Source of the DNA: Patellaria atrata CBS 101060 | Lineage: Eukaryota | Direction of reading: 5' to 3' | Assembly: GCA_010093705.1 (NCBI GenBank) | Contig: MU006090.1 | Span: forward strand, 1,267,817-1,331,816 | DNA length: 64,000 nucleotides | Part shown: piece after piece, positions 22,490-35,327 of the stretch | Numbering within the stretch: position 1 is the stretch's first letter | How the letters are laid out: the number at the start of each line of letters is the position of its first letter | Translations under genes and position numbers: made by a program | The notes under the pieces: generated by a model | Databases searched by the model: none | What the model saw: only the letters and a program-made list of their open reading frames with translations | Told to the model about the DNA's origin: nothing

Positions 22490-24077
22490 ATGGCCGCGCA
22501 CCACCACAGTTTGGCTCTGGACCTCTTTGAGGATATGAATAGGAAGGTGGAGGAGGCAAGTAAAGACTTCGCTGAAGGAGATGGAGATACAAAGATCGTC
22601 GAGGAAATAGAGAGCTTGTGCATGAACTGTCATGAGAACGTAGGTTCATCTTCCAAACAGACCGAAACAAAGGGTTGATCAAGATTTAGGGTACAACTAA
22701 ACTGTTGCTGACCAAAATACCTTTCTTCCGAGAGATTGTGATAATGTCATTCGACTGTCCTTCTTGCAATTTCAAAAACTCGGAGGTACAACCAGCTGGT
22801 CAGATTCAAGAGAGGGGATCCAAGTATATATTCAAGGTGGAAAATGTTCAGGATATGAGTCGGCAGATTATCAAAAGCGATACCTGCATTCTCAGGATAG
22901 AGGAACTTGACCTCGAAATACCTCCTGGGCGAGGCCAGCTTTCGAACGTTGAAGGTATCATAAACATGGTTCAAAGCGATCTCAGCGAGAAACAAACCGA
23001 AAGGAAAGAAGTTGTCCCAGAGATCTATGAAAAACTCCAGATCGTTATAGGATCACTGGTCAAGATGGTATCTGGCGAGAACTTTCCATTTACTATCACT
23101 GTCGATGATCCTGCTGGAAACTCTTGGATTGAGCCGTCTACAAGCGATAAGAAGGGGAAGTACTCCCACGTTCATTATGCACGGAGGACGGAACAAAACG
23201 CTGCACTTGGCTTAGCCGATACTACTGGGGAAGAGAATGGAGGGACAATACGTCCGGAGTATCACGCTACCGAGCTATACCCACAATTGCCAGCTAACGC
23301 TGTCCCTACCGCTATGGACCAGGACCAAGACGAGATTGTGGAGAACCAAGTCTATAGTTTTCCAGCCAGTTGTCCGGGATGTACGAAGCACTGCGTTACG
23401 AACATGAAGATGGTTAACATTCCATACTTCAAACAAGTGGTGCTTATGAGCACAGTATGTGACCTTTGCGGATGTAAGTTATCCCAAGTTTGGATTTGAA
23501 AACAGACACTTATTGTGCTCATTTAGACCGGAGTAATGAGGTCAAAACCGGCGGAGAAGTGCCGGAAAAGGGACGCCGTATTGCCTTGAATGTTAGAAAC
23601 CCGGAAGATCTCGCTAGAGACATACTGAAATCTGAGTCCTGCGCCATGCAGTGCCCGGAGCTCAATCTAAACGTCACACCTGGAACTCTTGGTGGCCGCT
23701 TTACCACTGTGGAGGGCCTCCTAACCCAAGTGCGGGACGATCTTAGGGCTTCAATCTTTGACACAGATGACGTTGAAGCAGTTGGAGGTGACTCTATGGA
23801 TACGGGGACCAAAAAGAAGTGGCAAACATTCTTCTCTGAATTAACGAGTGCCATCGAGGGGAGAAAGGTGTTTACTATCATACTAGAAGATCCACTTGCG
23901 AGTAGTTATGTACAAAGCTACACTGCGCCCGATCCAGATAGTCAGCTCGAAGTCTCGGATTATGATAGGACCTGGGACGAGGAAGAGGATCTAGGCTTAC
24001 ATGACATCAAGGTGGAAGACTACGAGCAACCTGAAGCTGGCGAGAAGAAGACGGAAGAGACCACGGCTGAGAGATGA
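22490..24077 (+). CDS. ZPR1: Zinc finger chaperone Zpr1; 3 exons
   Basis: IESLCMNCHEN|GTTKLLLTKIPFFREIVIMSFDCPSC, TVDDPAGNSWI, CPGC...IPYFKQVVLMSTVCDLCG, GTLGGRFTTVEGLL. Confidence 0.97.
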
Positions 24078-24705
24078 TCAAACCTACGCTAAGCATACCT
24101 ATGGGTGTTCTGCATTGCGCGTTGATGAAAGAGGTGGACGATGGCAATAACTTTACGTCTCAATCTCCCTCAGAGCATTTTCCAAAGGGCTTAACATCGC
24201 CGAGATTAGAAAGAGAAAGAGAAAGAGTCAAGAGTGGATTACCTACCAGTGCATTATGGAGCGTTATCGAATCATAGAGAGCATTGGGCGACCGTACGGA
24301 TTTCCGTCTGATTATACTCTATTGGGAAATATCTGCATTTTTCGTCGAACGTCTTGGTCGTGAGATCAGTTCAGACTAATGCGGGGGCAGGGGAAGATGT
24401 CAAGTCTGAGCTGCAGAGCTGCAGTTGGACTTCCAACCCCTTGTTAGTAAGCATATTCAAGACGTTCCAACTAGGAAGCTTGCATGTTAGTAAGGTACTG
24501 AGCTAGCCTCAGCGACACCATAATGTCGCTGTTTACTGTTTCTCAGATGATAGCTACAGTTGCTGGAAATTTCAAACCCGCTGAATAGCATTTTTCGCTA
24601 CCTTAGCTACGTCGAACAAGCCGACTGGATATGCACGTCTCCCACCTTAGAAATTACAGTGCGCTCTGACTAATGATGATGCCCTTTACACGAGGACTTT
24701 CTGAT

Positions 24706-25466
24706 TCATTCCGCTAAAGGATTCGCATGTATAGTGACCTCTTGGATTGCGATTCTCTCTTTTGGCCTCCCTTTTGCATCGTTTGGAACTGCTTCTATGG
24801 CGTCTAGAACTTCCAATCCTCCAATAACCTTTCCAAAAACCGTGTTCTTCCCATCTAGATGAGGAGCGGCCGCATAGGTAATGAAGAATTGACTACCGTT
24901 GGTGTTGGGCCCCTTGTTAGCCATACTTAGTATGCCACGCGCATTGTGGCGAAGAGCAGGACGGAGCTCATCTTCGAATAAAGTTCCGTAAATCGATGTG
25001 CTGGTCTTGGACTTGGGGTCCGAAGCTGGAGAGCCGGTTTGGAAGATGAAATTCGGGATGTTGCGGTGGATTGGAGAGTTGTTGTACGCAGACGAGGCGC
25101 AGAGGGCCAAAAAATTCTGGGAGAGTTTGTTAGAGTACGGACTTTTAAAATAATCTGGGGTTGAAGTAGGTTCCTATATATATGTTTAAAGCAAACATTT
25201 TGTGTTGTACTCACCTCTGTTGTTTTTGGAACGCTTTCGCAGAATATTTCGCATTTGATATCACCGAGGTTGGTGTGAAGCTAAGGAGAGATAATATGTA
25301 ATTAGCATGATGGGAACCTTGACTGAAGTGTGCTAAGCATTAAGTCATATTCATTATTTGATAAAGTAGAGTCAATGATGCTTCTACATAACGAGTTGCA
25401 CCCAAGATGAGACCGTTGAGCTGCGATTGTACGAAAAATAGAAACTAGCCTTACCGTGACAGACAT
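24706..25466 (-). CDS. Cyclophilin-type peptidyl-prolyl isomerase, PPIL3/Cyp10-like; 3 exons (first exon 12 coding nt)
   Basis: MSVT|LHTNLGDIKCEIFCESVPKTTE|NFLALCAS...LSMANKGPNTNGSQFFITY...HLDGKNTVFGKVIGG...VTIHANPLAE. Confidence 0.93.
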
Positions 25467-26395
25467 CGTGGAGGGCCAATATGGAGAATTGCATCTCCAA
25501 ATTCGGAAATAATCCTCACAGTAAGTAGATCGCGGGACCAAGTAGCTGAAGAAGGATTACCCTACTGTGATACTGGCACTGACTGGCACGAACTGGCCCA
25601 CAATCGGGTTCTTCGCACTGCTGTGTACAGAGAGCGGGACGAATGAGAGAAAGGCAACGCGGCGTGAGCACTACCCGCTGAGCAGCCCATCTGTAGCCAA
25701 TTCGAACGTCTCACAGATAGAGGGCCAGCCCCGTGGCCCTGCGAAAAGTGTGTGAGGAGCTCTTTGCCTAATTCTCCTGCACTCTATCTACATTTAATGC
25801 TATCAAAGATTCAACTGCGGCTGTGGTGACACTGTCCATTCCCAGTACTGTAGTCCACCTACCGTACCCTATAACCCCTCTAACCCTAACTTCAACTTCA
25901 TACACAGCCGAATCAAGCAACTTGCCTTACTTACCTCAAACAAGAATCGCTATCCCTATAACTTTAGTGGCAATTCCTCATACCTGTTTCCTTAACCTAC
26001 CAGGTCTTATCCTCTCTTTTGCCATCTGGCCTACAATCTACCCGTTGCTGCGGCCACCATCACCTAAACCCCGCCAGAACTTGAACGACAAATTCCACTG
26101 TCATTAAAACTGCTAGCACGACTTACAGGTTCGCGCCCAGCCTCGCGTTCCCTCGAGCATAGTCGCGCAGGAGGTAGCAAACCTCCAACACACGATCCGA
26201 CATCCTCCTGCGCCCCCTCCTCTCACGCGTTCAAACCGCACGACGATCATAACCCATTCGCGCACCGCACGCACCCGTTCCGCACTCGAGCTTAGGGAAA
26301 GGACAGCAAGAGCCTGGCGGAAGAGTGACGGCTGAGGAGCTCCAACAAACTCATGCCGTCCCAACAGCTGGCTCCAGACATCAGAAGAAGATAAG

Positions 26396-27831
26396 ATGGC
26401 GGCGTTTGTGCGGGTCTCCGGACCGCCAAACAGTAATTTCTTGGTGGGATATCCTGGCATATCTGCAACATTGGTGAGTACGTTGTGTAGGGGACGCAAT
26501 TTCAAATCCTACTTTCATCTATGCTCGTTTCCATGCGCTGTCAAGCATTCATGACGTCTGAACAGTGTGCGCGCTGTTCTTCAAGTGACGCTCATTGATT
26601 GCAATGATGATTACCAAATGTGATGCTAACCTTTGAATTTCGGATGATAGCCACGAATAGAAGGTAAGGTCGAGGTCCGACCTTCGGCAGGCGTTTCCGC
26701 TGCTGTCAACATATCTCTCGTGACGATTTCCCTCCAGAGACGAGAGACCATTCATCCCTCAGCTGACTCCGTTACCAAAAGGCATCTTGCAGCTCCACGC
26801 AAGGAGATTGCAGATATTGTGGGGAAGGAAATGCTGTTATATCGATGTCCCCACGGCAAAGATTCGGAAAGCGTACTCGCCATGGACCTACCGTTTGTGA
26901 TATTCATTCCTTACGGAAGAGGTGGAGAAGAGATTGCGCGAAGAGTACCTCCAGCGAGTCTACAATTGCCTAATCGCACAGCAGAAACTTTCTATGAGTT
27001 GGTGGTGACGTTACAGCAAGGGCCGTCAGAGCAGAAGAAATATGCTTTTCCAGTACCTATATCGAGATACGATACCTTATCTACGTTTGGCATGTATAAC
27101 CGCCCTGAATCAGCAGAGCGCGTTACGGACCATCTCGTTACATTAGGCATATCATTACCGCGCTGGTCGTACGGTCCTTTAGATCCAGTATCCGTATACA
27201 TCAGATTATCCCCGAACGCCGAATGGATGAAGAAGGCCAGCAAAGTGACGATTCAAAAGATTACAGTAGGAATAGATGAAGAAATAACCTATAATCACGA
27301 AGGCGATGAACCAACACGTAAGGTCAAGCAAATAGCGAAAACGCAGCAGCCAGTTGGAGTAAAGATGCCAGAAGCAGGCTATTTCACGAATTTAGGTTTG
27401 GTCTTTCCAGCGAAAGATACCAGAGATAATGATGGAATTATTCCGAGGGGCAAAAAGGAGTTTCCGATGTATGCAGTGAATGGATTTACGACTACTGGAA
27501 CGTTGTATAAAATTGAATATTCGCTAACCGTGAAGGTAAGAAACAGATGATTTGATCTAACTATCCCAGTTCAAGCTAACATATGCAGGCAACAATGTCA
27601 GGCGCCCGTGATATCGTACTCCGCCAACCCATTGTGGTATGTCCATACGACCATGCTGGCTGCAAAGAAGAAATGGAGGCAATCGAACAAGCCGCGAAAG
27701 ATGCTGCACACGTAAGCCCGGATAATCCCATGCTACCAGCAGCGCAAATTATCAAAGCCAACGAACCTCATGGATTGAAAGCATTGGGAGTAGCAATCGT
27801 CGGTGGACAGAAGAAGCCGTTGATTGATTGA
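26396..27831 (+). CDS. Arrestin-fold family protein; 3 exons
   Basis: MAAFVRVSGPPNSNFLVGYPGISATL|PRIEGKVEVRP...LPFVIFIP...PPASLQLP...ETFYELVVT...LPRWSYGPLDPVSVYI; introns 26474-26650 and about 27536-27589. Confidence 0.75.
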
Positions 27832-28562
27832 AACCGTACAGTTCATCAGGATTGTGAAACATCGTTCTGCAGGCGGTTATGACCGTCATATTCTGTACAA
27901 AGGATAGAGGAAAATTACCTTCAAGATCATGTGCGGCCAGGCGGCACAGGAACCAGCAATTACGCATTCACGATAAGATGAATTTTCTTGGATGGGAAAG
28001 GGTCTAGGGAAAGGCGTACGCTGGTGGATATGATACGTTTTGCGCAGTATGTGTAAAGCAGTTATACTAACAGTGCGGATTTACAGCTGACCACTTCTCC
28101 TTTTTGTTTTTCTTGGAGTCTCGGTATGATATGCTCCGCAAGGGATTGGCGTACGGATCTGCTCGTATGCATTGTACGGAGTTGGGGGAACTTTTTGGCT
28201 TCATCATGATTTCACTTCTACTTCGATCTCTACATTGTCCGCATATTGGATATGCCTGATTTGGGAATCGGGTGTTCAGCGAAAGGTTAGTTCATACCGA
28301 CCGTACCGTTTGGAGCTCCTGTTCGGGTACCGGCTGACGGTTGGCGTATAGCGGTGGGCTTGTTTTCCGTGTATGGCATCATCAGAACATACAGACTATA
28401 GCATGCAATTCACAATACTCAACAATATCACTTCTCAAAGCTGAGGAAATGGCTAGCTTTAGGTCTTCGTTCGCCCCTGTACACTTCATCTGTCGCTACT
28501 CCAGGTCGAGGCAATTCAGGAGACACAACCGTACGTGATTGAGCTTACTACACCCCTACCCA

Positions 28563-28872
28563 TCACTGCGGCTTCGGACGCAACGCCAGATTAATAGAAT
28601 GAGACTCCTCCCTGGGCTTCTCTACCGTCTTCTCTTCTCCGGCTTTCGTTCTCGTCTTCTCCTGAATCGTCCCGTCGACCATGGCCTCCAAGCTCTGGTA
28701 ATGAGGACTATCGACCCCGAAGGTATTACGAGCGTTGCGGAGACTGGTGAGTAGCTAGACAACAGATGAGTCGGTGGACTCGTTTTGTAAAAAAGATGGG
28801 ATATATGCACTTGGGGGAATAGGGGTTACTTACTGGAGCAAGCCACTGTTCTTCTTGGTCTTGTGGTGGCAT
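28563..28872 (-). CDS. Small (76 aa) spliced hypothetical protein
   Basis: MPPQDQEEQWLAP, GTAAGT intron 28833-28755 ending TAG, then LLTSLRNARNTFGVDSPHYQSLEAMVDGTIQEKTRTKAGEEKTVEKPREESHSINLALRPKPQ*; alternative in-frame ATG at 28950. Confidence 0.55.
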
Positions 28873-29234
28873 GGTTGTAGATGGCGGATGGGATGGGATG
28901 GATGGAGGAGGTGGGCCTGTTGTCCGGATTAATAAAGGGCCATTGTTCATGGTTGTATCTTGCTGTTGGCGGGTATGGAAAGCTAACCTTTTGAGTGATA
29001 TGCCTATTTAGAAATCTATGTTAAACGTTATGGCCCTAATTTGACTTAACTTAAGATGGAAGCACCAGACCCTGCCACGTTAAGAGACATCCCGTAGGGC
29101 TAACCGAGCAGATAAGGATTAGGTTAGTGTCTTGGCACTATTCTAACTCCTATTGGAACTATTTCTATAAACACTTACGGAGATAAATACTTACGGAGTA
29201 CACTAAAAGTAATAAGACTACAAAGATATTGAAA

Positions 29235-30973
29235 TTAGAACACGGTAAACGACTCTAAGACATTCTTCGCCCGATCATCATACGCCTCTCCATCCATTAC
29301 ACCGTGAATATAGCATTCGCACAGAAATCTAAACGCTTCGCTGTCGTCGACGACAGTCTCCCTAAGCATGAAAGGCACCTCCCCTCCTGAGAAGATGCAG
29401 ATTAGATCTGCTTCCGCGAGCTCTTCGTGTCCATGACCCAAGTAGCCCTTTTCAGTCACGAAGATATCTTTATCCTCTATGATCGTGCCGATTTTACGCG
29501 CGATCTCTTTCCACGCTTCTGGGGGTATTGTGTGTTGTCCACCGTCCGCGCCATGCAACGCGCACTCACTGAACTCTCCGAAATACTAAGATCTGTAACC
29601 CTCGCTGATGCGAGGGGAGAGAGCGCTGCGATCTGCAGTCAGAGTGCGGAAGTACGCGATCCAGGATGGTTCGCCGCTGAGGGGATATGTTTCAGAGCTT
29701 ATGGCATCCCTGGCTAGCCGTTGTATGATTTCAACAGTAGTATCCTCAGGCGGTCTTAAGACTGCCTTTATAGGGATAACACGCTGCACGGTATCGAGTC
29801 TTGAACCCTCCAACCGTATGGAATCTGAATCGTGCTCCACGGTTACTTTTGGCCTGCTCGACCCAGCGGCTCGAAATAGATGCGTAGGCTTGAACCGGTA
29901 ATAGCGCTGCAGGAAGCCTCCACCCCACTTCGGAAGTGTTCAGTCAGGCACAAAGAAAGGGAGAGAAAGTTTCGTTGACGCATGATGCCGTCCGATGAGC
30001 GTAGACAAATTCGAAGATCGGGCCGGAATTGCAACACAAATTTCGAGAAATCGGTGTATACCCTTTCTACGTTGTGTGCGTAATTGACTTTAATACTAGC
30101 GGCTAAGGCGCGATTTGCGATTCCCCGAAGGGAGTATATCTTATCTCGTGGGTCAGTAGCACTTCTATCGCGTGAGTCTAGAAAAGAGTCAAGTCTAGAA
30201 CCTCTGGAGCGTCGACGTCTCTGTCTAGATAGACATCCCTCCAATGGCCAATATATGCTAAATTGACTGTGGATGCCGAAAAGGGATAAAATCCGGAACC
30301 AGTAAGACGTCGAGGAGCGTTCTGTATCTTGTCGAAGTCTAGCGATAGGTGTCCACACTAGAGAACGACTGTCCTTGCCACAACGACCTCTTGGATAACC
30401 CACATGCGCATAAAGTACGTTCGATCAATAAATAGTTTAATTGCCGCCCGTCTTTCCTCAATTTCATGTTGGATTTGGCCGTACGTTGCGCTACCATCTG
30501 GAGTACCATCATCCTGTGCAAATCTCTCCCAGGTGTCGAATGCAATAGTACTAAGATGATCAGGTTCGCCAATCCAGGCAAGAATTCTGCTTGCGTTGGC
30601 GTATATGTCTCTCATCAACATCACTTAGTGCGACTTCTCGGCATTGTCTGCTTGATTGATACGCACAGTATCGACCCATAATTTCTTAGTTGGCCCATAC
30701 TTTTTTGGTCCTGTCTGATTTGCTTCAGTGCGGTAAATAAATTTTGCGAAAGGGAGAACGTTTCTTCTTGATTTTCACATGGCCTAAAATTATATTTGGA
30801 CCCCACGTATAGGAGAGAGCTTCGTAGTCGATTGCATCTTCAAGGTCACATGTGTTCATAGTCACTTGAAGTGCGATACTAGTAGTATCTGTTTCGACAT
30901 CCTCAAGATTCAGTTCCAGGAGATGGAAACATGGACGCTCATCTGTGAGAGGGAGCTGCTTGTAAAGATCCAT
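29235..30973 (-). pseudogene. HET-domain (heterokaryon incompatibility, het-6-like) pseudogene
   Basis: HET motifs DYEALSYTWG, SQNLFTALKQIR, WVDTVCINQ, LMRDIYANASRILAWIG, YFMRMWVIQEV, ATDPRDKIYSL, FVTEKGYLG, ECYIHGVMDGE spread over three frames with in-frame stops (30625-30627, 29586-29588). Confidence 0.9.
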
Positions 30974-32009
30974 TAACAATAATATTTCTTACATTCCCTA
31001 CATCTTGTGCTCATAGACTTGATTCAAATATGACGGGCACATGTATAGGTTCAAGGGAATGAGGCTCAAAATCAAAGGCGGGCAACTCGTACCTAAATAA
31101 CCCTTGTAGACACCTCCTGATGGGATGGTGAGGTATCTAGAGCCTTATCTTCCATGCTTGGTGATAGCTGAACTGTGATATCGCTTAACAATACCTGAAC
31201 CGGCCCTTGGCGAATCAGATGGGCTGTTTTGGGACTTCTAGAAAAATTTCTGGTATTAGAGAGGCAATTTCGTGCCTCGTTGGGGTTTTGAAGCAACTAT
31301 GGACTGTGAGGCCGAATATTGCTGCCTACTCCCCCTTATGGTCCTATATTTTCTTGTTAACTTTGCCTCTAAAGCCATCAGTCTGCCTTAGAGAGTTTAG
31401 TAATGCAGTTTCGAATACGCGGGAATGGTCCGATAAGGCTATGAAGTCTTTGTGATGATGCTGAAGCCTAATGGATACAAGGCTGCAGAATGATATGATA
31501 GTCGCCAAGCCCAGCGTACCCCCCAGTGGTTACCCAAATCCGTGGTTGCACTTACGAGCCCTGGGTCACGAATTTTCCCGGCATACGGAGATACTTGGCC
31601 GTATAGAGGTGTCGATGTATAGATTCTAGTGTTTAATACCACCGTCGCTTAGGCGCGCTTATCAGTCGCAGTCTAAGCTTTAGTACACCCTCCGTTTTAC
31701 TAGTCATCTTAGCAGTGACTAAGGATTACTATATCTCGCTGGATGTCGTTTCTGTGGCTACAGTTAGGTAGAGACCGACCGTGTTCCACCTTTGACTTTT
31801 CCTTTCCACGGCGGTAGAGACGTTATGATAGGAAATTATGTTAGCGGATGTCTCTTCTTCGTCTGCAGTATGAGAACGAGCCTTGTCGATAACAGCATAT
31901 GTGAAGCATGTCGGTGAGAAAGTTACTTATCCCCTCGAGAAAGTCTTCAGCAAATGCGTCTTCTGTCTCATAAGGTCCTGGACTCGTATGTGCATTGTGT
32001 TCTAGAGGA

Positions 32010-32077
32010 TTGACGGAAGCGTGAAAGTTGACGGAAGCGTGAAAGTTGACGGAAGCGTGAAAGTTGACGGAAGCGTG
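32010..32077. repeat. 18-bp perfect tandem repeat (TTGACGGAAGCGTGAAAG), about 3.8 copies
   Basis: Units at 32010, 32028, 32046 and a partial unit at 32064. Confidence 0.95.
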
Positions 32078-32577
32078 GTGTTAAGCTTCGTACAGCCGTG
32101 GATCAGGTGGCATGCAATTCTGATACCTTCTTATGACTTACAGTAAACGGTATAAGTCCAACGCAAGGATTGGAAAACGTTCAAACGGAAGACAGAACTC
32201 TCTAGTGTTCGACATTTCTCTCATTTCATATTACGTTTCTTTCAGATCTAAGGGAAGATTCATGAGAGGGTACTGGAATGACCACAAAGCGCGAACGAAA
32301 TAGCATGATATAATAGATAAGATATACTTACAAATCAGATTATGATAAAGGATTTCGGAATATCGAAGCGAGGTATTGGTGAAAGAGAATTATAGAGACA
32401 GTAAAACAGTTATCCATATAGAGTATTATTACTAGAACTATAGTGCTCTAGTCCCTCGCTTAGCGACCGAAAAATCAACGTACAAGTACAGTCATTGGAC
32501 GAGAACTACTTACCTTTCCTGCCTTTCTCGTACCTTCAGAGCTCATGACCTTTCGATGTTTTATGATATCTAGCACT

Positions 32578-33924
32578 ATGTCCGACATAGACGAGGACAG
32601 TATTCTACCAATCGTTAACAACACCGGTGAAAATGAACTCGAAGACGAAACACAGGATTTCAGATTCTTAGCAAGCTTCTCGTAGGTATGATCTCCACTT
32701 CTCGCAATTACTGCTAATACGACTCCCAGGTCATCGTCAGTCAAGATACCCAAACGTGGTGAAAAGGACTTCGAATCTCATGGCACCTTACACCAAACCT
32801 CCGTCCTGGAGGCATCCCGCACGGCAATGCACGAGGTGCTCTCTCAGCAGCGCATACATAACCCTAGGACTCATGTGATTGGGACTTATGTTCCAGAGCG
32901 GAATATGGCATATGTACTGCAAGAGAAAGGAAATGTATTTAGGACTATTGGCACTAGGAGTGGTGACAGAACCTGGCTATTGCCCGAGGAGGCTTTGTAT
33001 CTAGTCGAGAGGGGAACACTGGACTGCCGTTGGCCTTTTGAACAATCCATATCCCCCGATACCAACGATGAAGATGTAGAGGGGGAGTCTAAGGGAGTGG
33101 GCACTGAAGGGGACCAGAGCGAGAGCGGTATTCCAATGTCGCTTCAAGGCGCATATGCCGCATTCATCGGTACCGAAATCAACGTCGGAGGTAAACTCAC
33201 CCTCGAACGCTACGCCGTCTACAGCAACCTAAAACGTTTGGGTTACCACGTCCTCCGAGCTTCAACATTTGATGGGCCTCTCATCCCTCCTCCACCCGCG
33301 TCCTCCCTTACGAACTGGAGGTGGCCCTGGCTCTGGAACCTCGGACCCTTCCACGATCTATGGGATCGACTGTTCACCCCTCGCAGATTCAAGCAGGGTC
33401 CCCTCGTCACATATGGTCTCTACAGAGACTGGGCCTCCGTCTACAGAATGCTACATCTAATCCCGCGGCACGACCCCCGATCAGTTCCCATCCCACCTAG
33501 CCAAAAACCTCATAGTAACACCCTAGATGACCCCTACCACATCCACTATCACGTCCACAAGCCCGCTCCGGCTTTTCGCAAATCATCTCCGGGTCCACCA
33601 GACTTCCAGATCTGCGTCATCGATGCGCGCGCCACCCCCTTTCCTTCCTTAGCCCAATTGGAGGGGCTGTTAGCGGCGGCACCGTTGCAAGAGCCGAAAG
33701 GAACGCTCTATTTTAAGCTGAAGCAGGGGTGGCGGAATGTTCTCTTAGCCGTAGTGGATAATGGCATTGTGAGTTTTATGAGGGTTTCTGAAGCGGGGTT
33801 TGGGGAGGAGAGGGTATTTAAGAGCATTGGACGCGGGAGAGGTGGGAAGAGGGGAAGAGGTGAGAGAGGAAGAGGAAGTAGAGGGGGAAGGGGAGGAAGG
33901 GGACGGGGGAATAATGGGGGTTAA
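32578..33924 (+). CDS. SEN54: tRNA-splicing endonuclease subunit Sen54; 2 exons
   Basis: EDETQDFRFL|...IPKRGEKDFESHGT...LEASRTAMHEVLS, WLLPEEALYLVERG, MSLQGAYA, YAVYSNLKRLGY, FRKSSPGPPDF, VLLAVVDNGIVSFM. Confidence 0.92.
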
Positions 33925-34312
33925 ATACTCAAGTTGGAGGGGGAGGACTGGTTAAGGTCATGCGAAGATGAATGGGTGAGCGTATTTTTGCATTGGAGAG
34001 GAGTTATATACCCGGGATTTGCATTTGGAAGCCTTCAAGCTGGCATATTCCTCCTATAAGGCCGTCATAGCCCTCACTCAGTCTGAAAACCAATGTCATT
34101 GATTTCGAGGGAAAGTAAATGTCAGTGAAACTTGGTAAAGTCCGCACAATATATTATGCAAAACAGGTATCCTCGCTAGTCCTAATTGATCGGATCAAAA
34201 TATTCCAGAATCCTCCATGAATAAATGGACAAGACGCCGATTTATGCAAATCTCAACCTCGAGCCCCTTTCTCCTCTTCGTCGCTCTTGACACTTTTACC
34301 CTTCCACCTCAC

Positions 34313-35050
34313 TTACCAGAAATACAACAACATCAAAAAGCAAAAGGCAATGAAGCTGCCTAGTATGATTCCATCCCTCCTCTTCTTATTGCCAATCCTC
34401 TGCATCAGCGAGTTAATTCCAGGTACCATCCCTACCGCACCTCTCATCCTTCGTTCAATATTCCCCAACGTCTCCCTCTGGAATCCGAAATTCTCATTCA
34501 CCGCATACGCCTGCGCCAGCACATTGTCAATGACGCCGTGCGAGCGATCGATGCGGGCCCGCTCGTCGAGCATGTAGTCGCCCTCTTCGGCCTCCGGGTT
34601 GGAGGCCCGGTAGGACTCGATATCGTTCCGCACGCTCCCGAGGAGGTTGGCCTTGTCCCGGGCGTGGTTGATGGATGACTTTAGGGAGTTGAGTTGGGCG
34701 TTGTGCTCGCGCAGGATTTCGCGGTGTCGAGTTAAGTTGTTTTGTTTCAGGGAGGAGGATGAGAGGTCGGCCGAGGAGTCGAGGAGACGGGTTAGCTGTG
34801 AGAGGAGGGTGGTGCGTTTCTCGAGGATTTCGTGGAGTTGGGATTCGGTTCTTTGCTCTTCTTCGGTGGGCTGAGGGGGGATGTTGGTCATGGAGGCATA
34901 TTGGGAGTAGGTGTGGAAGAGGGTCTCTGTCTGCGCAGATTAGTATACGTGATAGCAGATTGAGAAATAACAATGGGAGCGGCGAACCTGGGTTTCTAAT
35001 GATCTAGCCTGTTGGCGCAACTGCGCCCATCCTCCACCAGTGGACGACAT
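34313..35050 (-). CDS. GOS1: Golgi SNARE Gos1; 2 exons
   Basis: MSSTGGGWAQLRQQARSLETQ|TETLFHTYSQYAS...NNLTRHREIL...SNARE motif, KKRRDGIILG and C-terminal transmembrane helix. Confidence 0.93.
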
Positions 35051-35327
35051 TCTTATGGGTATGCTAGAGAGGAATGAAGTCGCAGTGACATTACGATAGC
35101 ACCAGTTTGATGGTTGAACAAACGCAGATATCTCACGTGCAAGGATTCCGTCGGACGTCTAACTTCGGGATCGGAAAAACCCGACTTAGCGAAGGACGGG
35201 TCTGTGCGCAACACACCGAAGCACCACCACATCCAAAACCAATTTTCGCGATTTCAATATCTCCAACTAACGACGACATTCCGATCCACGACGACACGAC
35301 AACCCATCCCTTTAATACCCTTTCAAG

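Noticed and set aside
24672..24705. ATGATGA...CTGA resembling a C/D box snoRNA
   Set aside because: Only about 32 nt from box to box, too short, and antisense to the cyclophilin 3' UTR.
29173..29200. ACTTACGGAG direct repeat; ATACTTAC resembles the U1 snRNA 5' end
   Set aside because: No U1 continuation or stem-loops; TACGGAGTA-type motifs are common in filamentous fungal intergenic DNA.
32010..32077. Regular repeat as a possible CRISPR array
   Set aside because: Head-to-tail units with no spacers, eukaryotic context, no cas genes.
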